Position numbers and translations under genes: made by a program
NCBI GenBank assembly: GCA_038213135.1
Contig: JBBQTQ010000001.1
Location: 2,895-66,894 of the forward strand
Direction of reading: 5' to 3'
From: Gaiellales bacterium
GTDB lineage: Bacteria; Actinomycetota; Thermoleophilia; Gaiellales; Gaiellaceae
Length of the DNA stretch: 64,000 bases
The notes under the pieces: generated by a model
Databases searched by the model: none
Seen by the model: only the letters and a program-made list of their open reading frames with translations
Told to the model about the DNA's origin: nothing
Shown: in pieces, positions 27,233-35,010 of the stretch
Layout: each line of letters opens with the position of its first letter
How positions within the stretch are numbered: the first letter of the stretch is position 1

Positions 27233-28069
27233 TTGCTCGTTCGGGTCGGGACGCGCGGCAGCCGGCTCGCGCTGACGCAGGCGGAGCTTGCGGCAGAGCT
27301 GCTGCGCCGGCCCGGTGTCGAGATTGCGCTCGTGCCGATCACGACCGCGGGCGACAGGGATCGTTCGAAGCCGTTCGGCGAGATCGGGTCGCGCGGGGTT
27401 TTCGTCAAGGAGATCGAGGAGGCGCTGCTCGCCGGCCGCATCGACGTTGCGGTGCACTCGGCGAAGGACATGACCTCGTCGGACACCGAGGGTCTCGTGG
27501 TCGGGGCCTACGTCCGTCGCGAGGATCCGCGCGACGCCCTCTGCGGTGCCGCTCGGTTGCGGCCGGGAATGCGGATCGGCACGGCTTCGGTGCGACGCCG
27601 CGCGCAGCTACTCGCGCTCGAGCCCACGCTGAACGTCGAGCCGATGCGGGGGAACATCGATACCCGATTACGCAAGCGGGACGAGCGGGGGTTGGACGCG
27701 ATCGTGCTTGCCGCCTGCGGGCTCGACCGGCTAGGGCTGAGCGCGGAGGTCGGCCATCGCTTCGAGCCGGCCGAGCTGTTGCCCGAGGCCGGTCAAGGCG
27801 CTCTCGCACTGCAGGTGCGCGTCGGCGAGGAGGAGCTTGCGGCAGCGGCCGATCACGCCGAGACGCGGCGTCGGGTCGAGGCGGAGCGTGCGTGCGTGGG
27901 TGTGGTCGGTGGCGGGTGTCTGGCGCCCGTCGCGGCTCATCACGACGGGCAGGTGTTGGAGGCGCTGATCGCAGACGAGAACGGCGCCTGGGTCGAGCGG
28001 CGTCGCGGGGAGGACGCGCGCGCACTCGGCGAGGAGCTGGCCGCGATCGCGGCCGCCCACGCCACCTGA
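27233..28069 (+). CDS. hemC: hydroxymethylbilane synthase (porphobilinogen deaminase)
   Basis: The TTG at 27233 lies 1 nt after the hemA stop. (M)LVRVGTRGSRLALTQA...RGNIDTRL...QGALALQ..., with the cofactor Cys in VGGGCLAPV. Confidence 0.9.
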   Translation: MLVRVGTRGSRLALTQAELAAELLRRPGVEIALVPITTAGDRDRSKPFGEIGSRGVFVKEIEEALLAGRIDVAVHSAKDMTSSDTEGLVVGAYVRREDPRDALCGAARLRPGMRIGTASVRRRAQLLALEPTLNVEPMRGNIDTRLRKRDERGLDAIVLAACGLDRLGLSAEVGHRFEPAELLPEAGQGALALQVRVGEEELAAAADHAETRRRVEAERACVGVVGGGCLAPVAAHHDGQVLEALIADENGAWVERRRGEDARALGEELAAIAAAHAT

Positions 28070-28075
28070 GAGTTG

Positions 28076-28157
28076 TCACGGTTTCGTCACAGACACGTGC
28101 GCTTTTCCTCGATAGCGTTGAGCCGAGGCGGGGGCTCGGGGGCCCCCTGTAACGGAA
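28076..28157. repeat. intergenic repeat, copy A (inverted relative to copy B at 36306-36390)
   Basis: The reverse complement reads ccGTTACaGGGGGCCCCCGAGCCCCCGCCtcGGCTCAacgCTATCGAGgAAAaGCgCA...GTGTcTGTG. Copy B reads ctGTTACtGGGGGCCCCCGAGCCCCCGCCctgGGCTCAcc-CTATCGAGcAAAGCcGCA...GTGTGTCG. The core contains a GGGGGC-N5-GCCCCC hairpin. Confidence 0.7.
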
Positions 28158-28173
28158 AGAGTCTGGTCGCGGC

Positions 28174-28812
28174 GTGCGCGTGATCGTCACCCGCGCTACC
28201 GAGCAGGCCGGGCCGCTCTCCGAGCGGTTGCGCGCGCTGGGCCACGAGGTCGTCCCGTGCCCGTTGATTCGCGTCGAGCCGCTCGGTGACGAACCGATCG
28301 ACACGTCCGGCTACGACTGGGTGGTCGTCACGAGCCGGACGGGCGCGTCGGAGCTCGCGCGGCGATCGGACCCGCAAGCGCTCCCTCCGGTCGCGGCGAT
28401 CGGCCCCGGGACCGCGGAGGTCTTGCGCGGTCTCGGGATCGAGCCGACGCTCGTCGCGAGCGTCTCCACTCAGGAGGGCCTGCTCGCCGAGCTACCCGAG
28501 CTGGCGGGCCGGGTGCTCTTCGCCGGAGCGGAGGATGCACGCCGGGTGCTTGTCGACGAGCTCGGAGCCGACTTCCTACCCCTCTACCGCACCGTTCCGC
28601 TCACCCCCACCTCACCTCCCGAGGGAGACGTGATCGTACTCGCCTCGGCATCTGCCGCGCGCGCCTTCGCCGCTCTCGGCACCTCGATCCCGGCAGTCAC
28701 GATCGGGCCACAGACGAGCGCCGCCGCCCGCGCCGCGGGGGTCGAGGTCATCGCGGAGGCCGCAACGCATGATCTCGAAGGGCTGCTGACCGCGATCGCT
28801 ACCCTCCCCTAG
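28174..28812 (+). CDS. hemD: uroporphyrinogen-III synthase
   Basis: 212 aa with HEM4-like two-lobe pattern (RVIVTRA...VVVTSRTGA...IGPGTA...VLASASAA...IGPQTS). Its position after hemA-hemC supports the call. Confidence 0.85.
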   Translation: MRVIVTRATEQAGPLSERLRALGHEVVPCPLIRVEPLGDEPIDTSGYDWVVVTSRTGASELARRSDPQALPPVAAIGPGTAEVLRGLGIEPTLVASVSTQEGLLAELPELAGRVLFAGAEDARRVLVDELGADFLPLYRTVPLTPTSPPEGDVIVLASASAARAFAALGTSIPAVTIGPQTSAAARAAGVEVIAEAATHDLEGLLTAIATLP

Positions 28813-29621
28813 TGCCGGGCTTCATCTCCTTCCTCACCGACTTCGGCCTGCAGGACGACTTCGTCGGAACCTGTCACGGCGTGATGAAGAGGATCGCGCC
28901 CGACGTGCAGATCATCGACATCACGCACGGGATCGAGCCGCAACGTGTCCTGCAGGGCGCGCTCGTCCTGGCGAACACGCTTCCCTACATGCCGGAAGGC
29001 GTGCACCTCGCGGTTGTCGACCCCGGCGTGGGTAGCGACCGGCTCGAGGTCGCGCTCCGGGGAGCCGACGGCCGGCTGTACGTGGGCCCCGACAACGGTC
29101 TACTCGTCCCCGCGGCCGAGCGGCTCGGTGGCATCGCTGCCGCCCACTCGCTCGAGAACCCTGCCTACAGGCTCGAGCGCGTGTCGAAGACCTTCCACGG
29201 CCGCGACGTCTTCTCGCCGGCCGCAGCCCACCTCGCGATCGGCCTCGACATCGCCGAGCTCGGCCCCGCTCTCGATCCGGCGAGCCTTGTCCGCATCGAT
29301 CTGCCCGAGCCCGAGATCGGCAAGGGGCGCATCCGTGCGACCGTTCTCTACACCGACCAGTTCGGCAACGTCCAGCTGAACCTCACGCGCGCGCACCTCG
29401 AGCAAGTCGGGCTCGAGCAGGGCACGAGGGTCGAGCTCGAGCTGGCGCTGGAGCGTTACTACGCCGTCACGGCGCAGACGTTCACCGACGCCGACCCGGG
29501 CGACATCATCCTCTACGAGGACGCCTACGGGAACGTCGCGATCGCGATCAACCACGGCAACGCCGCCGAGATGTTCTCCGTGCGGCCGGGCCAGGAGCTT
29601 CGCATCCACCTGCGGCCCTGA
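28812..29621 (+). CDS. SAM hydrolase / SAM-dependent halogenase family protein (DUF62, SAM hydroxide adenosyltransferase-like)
   Basis: The GTG shares 1 nt with the hemD TAG. N-terminal ISFLTDFGLQDDFVGTCHGVM and FHGRDVFSPAAAHL are hallmark blocks of the family. 269 aa. Confidence 0.85.
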   Translation: MPGFISFLTDFGLQDDFVGTCHGVMKRIAPDVQIIDITHGIEPQRVLQGALVLANTLPYMPEGVHLAVVDPGVGSDRLEVALRGADGRLYVGPDNGLLVPAAERLGGIAAAHSLENPAYRLERVSKTFHGRDVFSPAAAHLAIGLDIAELGPALDPASLVRIDLPEPEIGKGRIRATVLYTDQFGNVQLNLTRAHLEQVGLEQGTRVELELALERYYAVTAQTFTDADPGDIILYEDAYGNVAIAINHGNAAEMFSVRPGQELRIHLRP

Positions 29622-29631
29622 CCCATGCGTG

Positions 29632-29704
29632 TGGCGAGGGCCGGAATTGAACCGGCGACACCACGGTTTTCAGCCGTGTGCTCTACCGACTGAGCTACCT
29701 CGCC
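29632..29704 (-). tRNA. tRNA-Phe (anticodon GAA)
   Basis: Minus strand: GGCGAGG-TA-GCTC-AGTCGGTA-GAGC-A-CACGG-CTGAAAA-CCGTG-GTGTC-GCCGG-TTCAATT-CCGGC-CCTCGCC-A. This is a perfect cloverleaf of 73 nt. CCA is not encoded. Confidence 0.93.
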
Positions 29705-29717
29705 GAGCCGGCGCAGT

Positions 29718-30107
29718 CTAGCCGAGCCCCTGTGCGGGGCTAATGTGGGTGAGTCGCTCCACGAGGTTCTCGACCAGCTCGCCCTTGAGAAAGACACCGT
29801 CGGCGCCGGCGCGGGTAGCCGCGTCCTTCAGGTCCGGGTCCGGATCTCCTGTGAGCGCGATCAGGCACAGCGCCGGATGCTCTCGACGGAGCTCGCGCAC
29901 GGCGGTGATCCCGTCGGTGCGTGGCATGTGTAGGTCGATAACCGCGGCCTCGGGGCCGAGAGACCTGACGAGGTCGATGGCCTCCTGACCGTCCCTGGCG
30001 GTCCCGACGACGGTCAACTCGGGCTGCTGCTCGATCAGCGCGCGGAGCGACTCGAGGTAGCCCGCGTCGTCGTCCGCGATCACTACACGTATGGGGAATC
30101 CGGCCAT
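29718..30107 (-). CDS. single-domain response regulator (CheY-like receiver only)
   Basis: 129 aa: RVVIADDD...AAVIDLHMPRTDG...LIALTG...GADGVFLKG. No output domain. Confidence 0.85.
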   Translation of the reverse strand: MAGFPIRVVIADDDAGYLESLRALIEQQPELTVVGTARDGQEAIDLVRSLGPEAAVIDLHMPRTDGITAVRELRREHPALCLIALTGDPDPDLKDAATRAGADGVFLKGELVENLVERLTHISPAQGLG

Positions 30108-30126
30108 TGACGGCTAGCTTGCCCGC

Positions 30127-31032
30127 ATGGAACCGCAGGAAACAGCACAACCCGTTGCCGTAATTGGCGCCAGCCTCGACCTCGGCGCCGGACGGCGAGG
30201 CGTCGACATGGGTCCTTCGGCGATCCGCTACGCAGGGCTCGCCGAGCGGATCGCGGAGCTGGGCCGTGACTACGTGGACTTCGGGAACGTGCAGACCGCG
30301 GTCGCCGAGGCGACGCCCGAGGGCGACCCGGAGGCGCGCTACCTGCCGGCGATCGTCAAGACCTGCGAGCGCGTCTCCGAGTGGGTCGTCAGGGCGAAGG
30401 AGGAGGGCTACCTTCCGCTCGTCCTCGGCGGCGACCACTCGGTCGCGATCGGAACCCTCGGCGGCCTGGCCCGGATCTCGGGGCCGGGAGGCGTGCTGTG
30501 GGTCGACGCGCACGGCGACCTCAACAGGCCCGACACGAGTCCCAGTGGCAACGTTCACGGGATGGCTCTCGCGGCGGCTCTCGGCCTCTGCGGCCCCGGC
30601 TTCAAGAGCGACGCCTGGCCGCTGCCCTCGGTCGAGCGGGTCGCTCTCGTCGGAGTCCGCTCGCTCGACGACGGCGAGCGCTCGCTCCTCAAGGAGCTCG
30701 GCGCGAAGATCTTCACGATGAGCGACCTCGACAAGCTCGGCGTCGAGCACGCGATCAGTGAGGCGCTCGACCACGTCGCCGGGCCCGGTTTCGTCCACGT
30801 CAGCCTCGACCTGGACGTGCTCGACCCAGACGTGGCGCCGGGGGTGGGCACGCCGGTTCGCGGCGGCCTCTCCTACCGGGAAGCGCACCTCGCGATGGAG
30901 ATGGTCGCGGACTCGGGTCTGGCCGGTTCGCTGGAGGTCGTCGAGGTCAACCCGATTCTCGACCGCGAGAACGGCACGGCCCTGCTCGCGGTGGAGCTCG
31001 TCGCCAGCGCGCTCGGCGCGCGGATTCTCTAG
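30127..31032 (+). CDS. rocF: arginase
   Basis: Ureohydrolase Mn-binding blocks GGDHSVAIG, VDAHGDLN, SPSGNVHGM and SLDLDVLDP. 301 aa. Confidence 0.9.
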   Translation: MEPQETAQPVAVIGASLDLGAGRRGVDMGPSAIRYAGLAERIAELGRDYVDFGNVQTAVAEATPEGDPEARYLPAIVKTCERVSEWVVRAKEEGYLPLVLGGDHSVAIGTLGGLARISGPGGVLWVDAHGDLNRPDTSPSGNVHGMALAAALGLCGPGFKSDAWPLPSVERVALVGVRSLDDGERSLLKELGAKIFTMSDLDKLGVEHAISEALDHVAGPGFVHVSLDLDVLDPDVAPGVGTPVRGGLSYREAHLAMEMVADSGLAGSLEVVEVNPILDRENGTALLAVELVASALGARIL

Positions 31033-31790
31033 TCGAGAAAGCGCTCGATCGCAGCGAGCGTGTCGTCGAGCGCGTCCCAGTAGACCGTGTGGCCGCCTGG
31101 GACGGTGACGATCTCGACCAGCTCGCCGAGCTCGCCGCGATAGGTCCCAACATGCTCGTCGAGGAAGAGCCACGACTGCTCGCCGAGCACGATCAGGGTC
31201 GGAACCCGCGCGGGACGCGGGGCCGGCGACGCCATCTCGCTCCAGGCTGCGACGACGGCACTCTTGGAATAGCGATACCGGAAGCGGCCGTCCGATCCCT
31301 GCTCCATGTGGCCCGCGTCCGAGGCGACCACCAGCTCACGCGGAGCGAGCAGGACGCGGCCGAGCTCGTAGCGCACCTCGACGGCTTGCTCGACGGATTC
31401 GTAAGCGGCGTCCTTTCGCTCGGCCTCCGCCATGTCGTGCGCGACATGCGGCAGAACCTGCAGCGCCGGGTCGAGCAGGATCGCGCGCTCCACGCGCTCG
31501 GGCTCGCGAGCGGCGAGCTCGGCGACGAGGCGCCCGCCGAAGCTGTGGCCCAACCAGACCGCGCGCTCGGCGCCGATCGTCTCGCGGAGATCCTCGAGGT
31601 GCGTGTCGATCGACCACGGCGGCTCGTACTCCGAGTGCCCATGGCCGCGCAGGTCGGGCGCGACGACGTGGTAGCGGTCGGAGAGCCGGCTCGCCAGGTC
31701 GACGAAGCGGCCGCCGTGACTCGTCACACCGTGCAGGCAGACGAGCGTCGGGGCGGCGGGATCGCCCCACTCGTGGACGTGCAGCCGCAA
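31029..31790 (-). CDS. alpha/beta hydrolase
   Basis: 253 aa with LVCLHGVTSHG and the nucleophile elbow GHSFGG. TTG start as in the track. Confidence 0.8.
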   Translation of the reverse strand: MRLHVHEWGDPAAPTLVCLHGVTSHGGRFVDLASRLSDRYHVVAPDLRGHGHSEYEPPWSIDTHLEDLRETIGAERAVWLGHSFGGRLVAELAAREPERVERAILLDPALQVLPHVAHDMAEAERKDAAYESVEQAVEVRYELGRVLLAPRELVVASDAGHMEQGSDGRFRYRYSKSAVVAAWSEMASPAPRPARVPTLIVLGEQSWLFLDEHVGTYRGELGELVEIVTVPGGHTVYWDALDDTLAAIERFLD

Positions 31791-31791
31791 G

Positions 31792-32214
31792 CTAGGCCAG
31801 GGCGGCGTCGAGTGTGATCTCGACGTTGAGGGCCTTCGAGACCGGGCAGTTCTGCCTCGCGGTCTCGGCGGCCTCGCGAAACGCGCTCTCTTCAGCTCCT
31901 TCGACCGTGCCGCGCACCCTTAGCGCGATGCCGGTGATGCCCTGGCCGGGCTGGAACCCTGCGGTCGCCTGCGTCTCGAGCTTGGTCGGCGGTGTGCCCG
32001 CTTGCGCCAGGCCGTGCGAGAGCGCCATCGAGAAGCAGCTGGCGAGCGCGGCGGCGATCAGCTCCTCCGGGCTCGTGCCGGCGCTCGCGTCCTCGGCGCG
32101 CGCGCGCCAGGTCAGGGCGGTCTCGTTCGAAGGTGCGCTCCCGAGGGCGAACGTCCCCGAGCCGCTCATCAGATCTCCCTGCCATGTCACGCTCGCGGAG
32201 TGCTCAACCGCCAT
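31792..32214 (-). CDS. OsmC-family peroxiredoxin
   Basis: 140 aa. TSPEELIAAALASCFSMAL and NCPVSKAL carry the two conserved Cys of OsmC/Ohr. Confidence 0.85.
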   Translation of the reverse strand: MAVEHSASVTWQGDLMSGSGTFALGSAPSNETALTWRARAEDASAGTSPEELIAAALASCFSMALSHGLAQAGTPPTKLETQATAGFQPGQGITGIALRVRGTVEGAEESAFREAAETARQNCPVSKALNVEITLDAALA

Positions 32215-33472
32215 GCCCGTCCTCCTCCTTCTCTTCGCCTGACCCCTTCGGTCGATAGTAACGGCGGCCCCTCAACTCCTCGGGCAGGTAATCGGTCTCG
32301 AAGCCGGCAGGATCGTCGTGCGGGTAGACGTAGCCCTCCCCGTGCCCGAGCTGGCGGCCGTAGTAGCTGGCGTCGCGCAGCGCCTTCGGCGGCCGGACGT
32401 TGCCGAGCTCTTGCACGTCCTTCGTGGCCTCCTTGATCGCCACGTAGGACGCGTTCGACTTCGGCGCGCTCGCCAGGTAGATCGCGGCCTGCGAGAGGTT
32501 GAGCCGAGCCTCCGGTAGGCCGACATGCTCCACGGCGTGTGCGGCGGCGACCGCGACGAGCAGGGCGCGCGGGTCGGCGTTGCCGATGTCCTCGGAGGCG
32601 AGCACGATCATCCGGCGAGCGATGAAGCGCGCGTCCTCGCCTGCTTCGAGCATCGCGGCGAGGTAGTAGACCGCGGCGTCCGGGTCGGAGCCGCGCATCG
32701 ACTTGACGAAGGCCGAGGTGAAGTCGTAGTGCTGGTCGCCGCCCTTGTCGTAGACGAGCGGCCGCTTGCGCGAGGCGTCGTCGAGGTGACGCTCCTCCAG
32801 TGCGACGCCCTCGGCCTGCGCCGTCTGCCAGGCGAGCTCGACGATGTTCAGTGCGTTCCGCGCGTCGCCGCCCGCCCTGTGCGCGGACGCGGTGACGAGC
32901 TCGTCGGGCACCTCGGCGGCGAGGAGCGCGGCGCCGCGTCGGACGACCGCCTCGAGGTCGCTCTCCGAGAGCGGCTCGAGCTCGTACACCTGCGCGCGGC
33001 TGAGCAGAGCGGAGTTGACCTCGTAATAGGGGTTCTCGGTGGTCGCTCCGATCAGCGTGAGCAGCCCCTCCTCGACCGCCGGCAGGAGCGCGTCCTGCGG
33101 CGCCGGGGTGAAGCGGTGGAGCGCGGCGCGGACGAGGATCGTGCGGCGCCCGCTCGCGCCGAGCCGTTCTCGCGCCTTGGCCAGCGTTGCGCGCACGTCG
33201 GCGACGGTCGCCGAGACCGCGGACAGCTCCTCGAAGGCCGCGCCTGTCGTCACGGCGACGATCCGGGCGAGCGTCGTCTTGCCGACCCCCGGCGGTCCGT
33301 AGAGGATCAGGGAGCGGACGCGGTCCTCCTCGATCGCGAGCCGGAGTGCCGAGCCCGCACCGAGTACGTGCTGCTGGCCGACAAACTCGTCGAGGGTCCG
33401 CGGCCGGGCGCGCAGCGCGAGCGGGGCGTTCTCGGGCAGCCGCTCTGCCGCCGCGTCCGAGAACAGGTCCAT
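32204..33472 (-). CDS. rarA: replication-associated recombination protein A (RarA/MgsA AAA+), Walker B acidic pair absent
   Basis: ATG at 33472: MDLFSDAA...[15 protein letters not shown]...[23 protein letters not shown]...[14 protein letters not shown]...[11 protein letters not shown]. The canonical FxDExHRFNK is replaced by [11 protein letters not shown]. Upstream codons of the track ORF are antisense to kynA. Confidence 0.88.
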   Translation of the reverse strand: MDLFSDAAAERLPENAPLALRARPRTLDEFVGQQHVLGAGSALRLAIEEDRVRSLILYGPPGVGKTTLARIVAVTTGAAFEELSAVSATVADVRATLAKARERLGASGRRTILVRAALHRFTPAPQDALLPAVEEGLLTLIGATTENPYYEVNSALLSRAQVYELEPLSESDLEAVVRRGAALLAAEVPDELVTASAHRAGGDARNALNIVELAWQTAQAEGVALEERHLDDASRKRPLVYDKGGDQHYDFTSAFVKSMRGSDPDAAVYYLAAMLEAGEDARFIARRMIVLASEDIGNADPRALLVAVAAAHAVEHVGLPEARLNLSQAAIYLASAPKSNASYVAIKEATKDVQELGNVRPPKALRDASYYGRQLGHGEGYVYPHDDPAGFETDYLPEELRGRRYYRPKGSGEEKEEDGHGG

Positions 33473-33484
33473 CGCGCCGACAGT

Positions 33485-34243
33485 ATGCTCCCGCGGGTGT
33501 CCCGGAAGGAGCAAACCGGGCTCGAGGACGAGCTCGCGCCGGTCCTCCCCGGGCCGGGAGCGAGCGACTACGAGCGCTACCTCCGCACCGACGAGCTGCT
33601 CGCTCTCCAGAAGACCGAGGACGAGCGCGGGCATCACGACGAGCTGCTCTTCCAGACCGTCCACCAGTCGTCCGAGCTCTGGCTGAAGCTCTGCTGGAGC
33701 GAGGTCGAGGCCGCCGTTGAGCACCTGGAGCTCGGCGAGCTCGGAGCCGCCACGCGGCTGCTCCGCCGGTCGAATCTCTGCCTGAAGCTGATCAACGAAC
33801 AGCTCGAGATGCTCGAGCATCTGGCGCCCTGGGAGTACACCTCGGAGGTGCGCCCGCTGCTGGGGCACGGCAGCGGCTTCGACTCGCCCGGCTTCCGAGA
33901 GCTGCGGCGCGTGGCGCCCGAGCTCGGCCAGCAGCTCAGCCGGCTTCGCCGCGAAGCGGGGCTCTCGCTCGTCGACCTCTACCGGCGCGGGCGCGAGTTC
34001 GAGGACCTGTACCAGGTCGCCGAGCAGGTGATCGAGCTCGACGAGCGCATGACCGTCTGGCGGATGCGCCACGTGAAGGTGGTGCAGCGGATCATCGGAG
34101 CCGGCGCAGTCGGCACGCAGGGGACGCCCGTCGAGCTGCTCGCCGGGATGATCGACCGCGACATGTTTCCGGAGCTCTGGGAGCTGCGCAACCAGCTCAC
34201 CGACCTTGCCAACGAGGAGGCCACATGGGATTCGAAGAGCTGA
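33485..34243 (+). CDS. kynA: tryptophan 2,3-dioxygenase family protein
   Basis: ATG at 33485. ...SDYERYLRTDELLALQK...HDELLFQTVHQSSELWLKL...GSGFDSPGFREL...WRMRHVKVVQRIIG matches TDO blocks. 252 aa. Confidence 0.82.
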   Translation: MLPRVSRKEQTGLEDELAPVLPGPGASDYERYLRTDELLALQKTEDERGHHDELLFQTVHQSSELWLKLCWSEVEAAVEHLELGELGAATRLLRRSNLCLKLINEQLEMLEHLAPWEYTSEVRPLLGHGSGFDSPGFRELRRVAPELGQQLSRLRREAGLSLVDLYRRGREFEDLYQVAEQVIELDERMTVWRMRHVKVVQRIIGAGAVGTQGTPVELLAGMIDRDMFPELWELRNQLTDLANEEATWDSKS

Positions 34244-35010
34244 AGGCCAGGACGGCCGCGATCTGGAGCTCTGCGCCGTGGGAGGAGGCCGAGCACATGC
34301 TCGCCCCTGTCCACGACCGGCTCGCCGCCGCGCTCGACCCGCAGGCCGGGGATCGCTGGCTCGACGTCGGCTGCGGCACCGGCGCTGTGGCGCTGCGAGC
34401 CGCCCGTGCCGGCGCGGATGTCACGGGGCTGGACATCGCGCCGACGCTCGTCGAGACCGCCCGGCGGCGCGCGTCCGAGGAGGGGCTCGCGATCCGCTTC
34501 GACGTCGGTGACGCGGAAGCCCTGCCCTACGAGGACGCTAGCTTCGACAAGGTCTCGTCCTCGATGGGTGTCATCTTCGCCCCGACCCATGCGGCGGCAG
34601 CGAGCGAGCTTGCGCGTGTCCTGCCGTCCGGCGGCCGGCTCGGCTTCACTGCCTGGCGGCCCGGCACGGCGTTCTTCGACCTAACCCGAAAGTACGCGCC
34701 TCCGCCACCGGAAGGCGTTGGGAACCCGGACGACTGGGGCAGTGAGGACTACGTCGGCCAGCTACTCGGCGACTCGTTCGAGTTGACGTTCGAGAAGGGC
34801 TTGATGGAGTTCGAAGCCGAGTCGGGCGACGAGGCCTGGGAGAGGATGTCTCGCACGGTCGGGCCGTTCAAGGCCGCGAACACGGGGCTCGAGCCCGAGC
34901 GCCTGGCCGAGTTCCGACGGCATTTCGTGGAGCTGTTCGAAGCCCACCGGACGCCGGAGGGCGTCCGGCTGCCGGCTGACTACCTGCTCGTGCTCGGCAC
35001 ACGCCGCTGA
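34225..35010 (+). CDS. class I SAM-dependent methyltransferase
   Basis: Motif I WLDVGCGTGAVAL and post-I DVTGLDIAP, then FDKVSSSMGVIF. 261 aa. Confidence 0.85.
   Translation: MGFEELKARTAAIWSSAPWEEAEHMLAPVHDRLAAALDPQAGDRWLDVGCGTGAVALRAARAGADVTGLDIAPTLVETARRRASEEGLAIRFDVGDAEALPYEDASFDKVSSSMGVIFAPTHAAAASELARVLPSGGRLGFTAWRPGTAFFDLTRKYAPPPPEGVGNPDDWGSEDYVGQLLGDSFELTFEKGLMEFEAESGDEAWERMSRTVGPFKAANTGLEPERLAEFRRHFVELFEAHRTPEGVRLPADYLLVLGTRR

Noticed and set aside
29525-29797. A 90-aa minus-strand ORF spanning the tRNA-Phe locus.
   Set aside because: It is fully explained by the tRNA gene plus the 3' end of the receiver-domain gene region, and it has no protein-like features.
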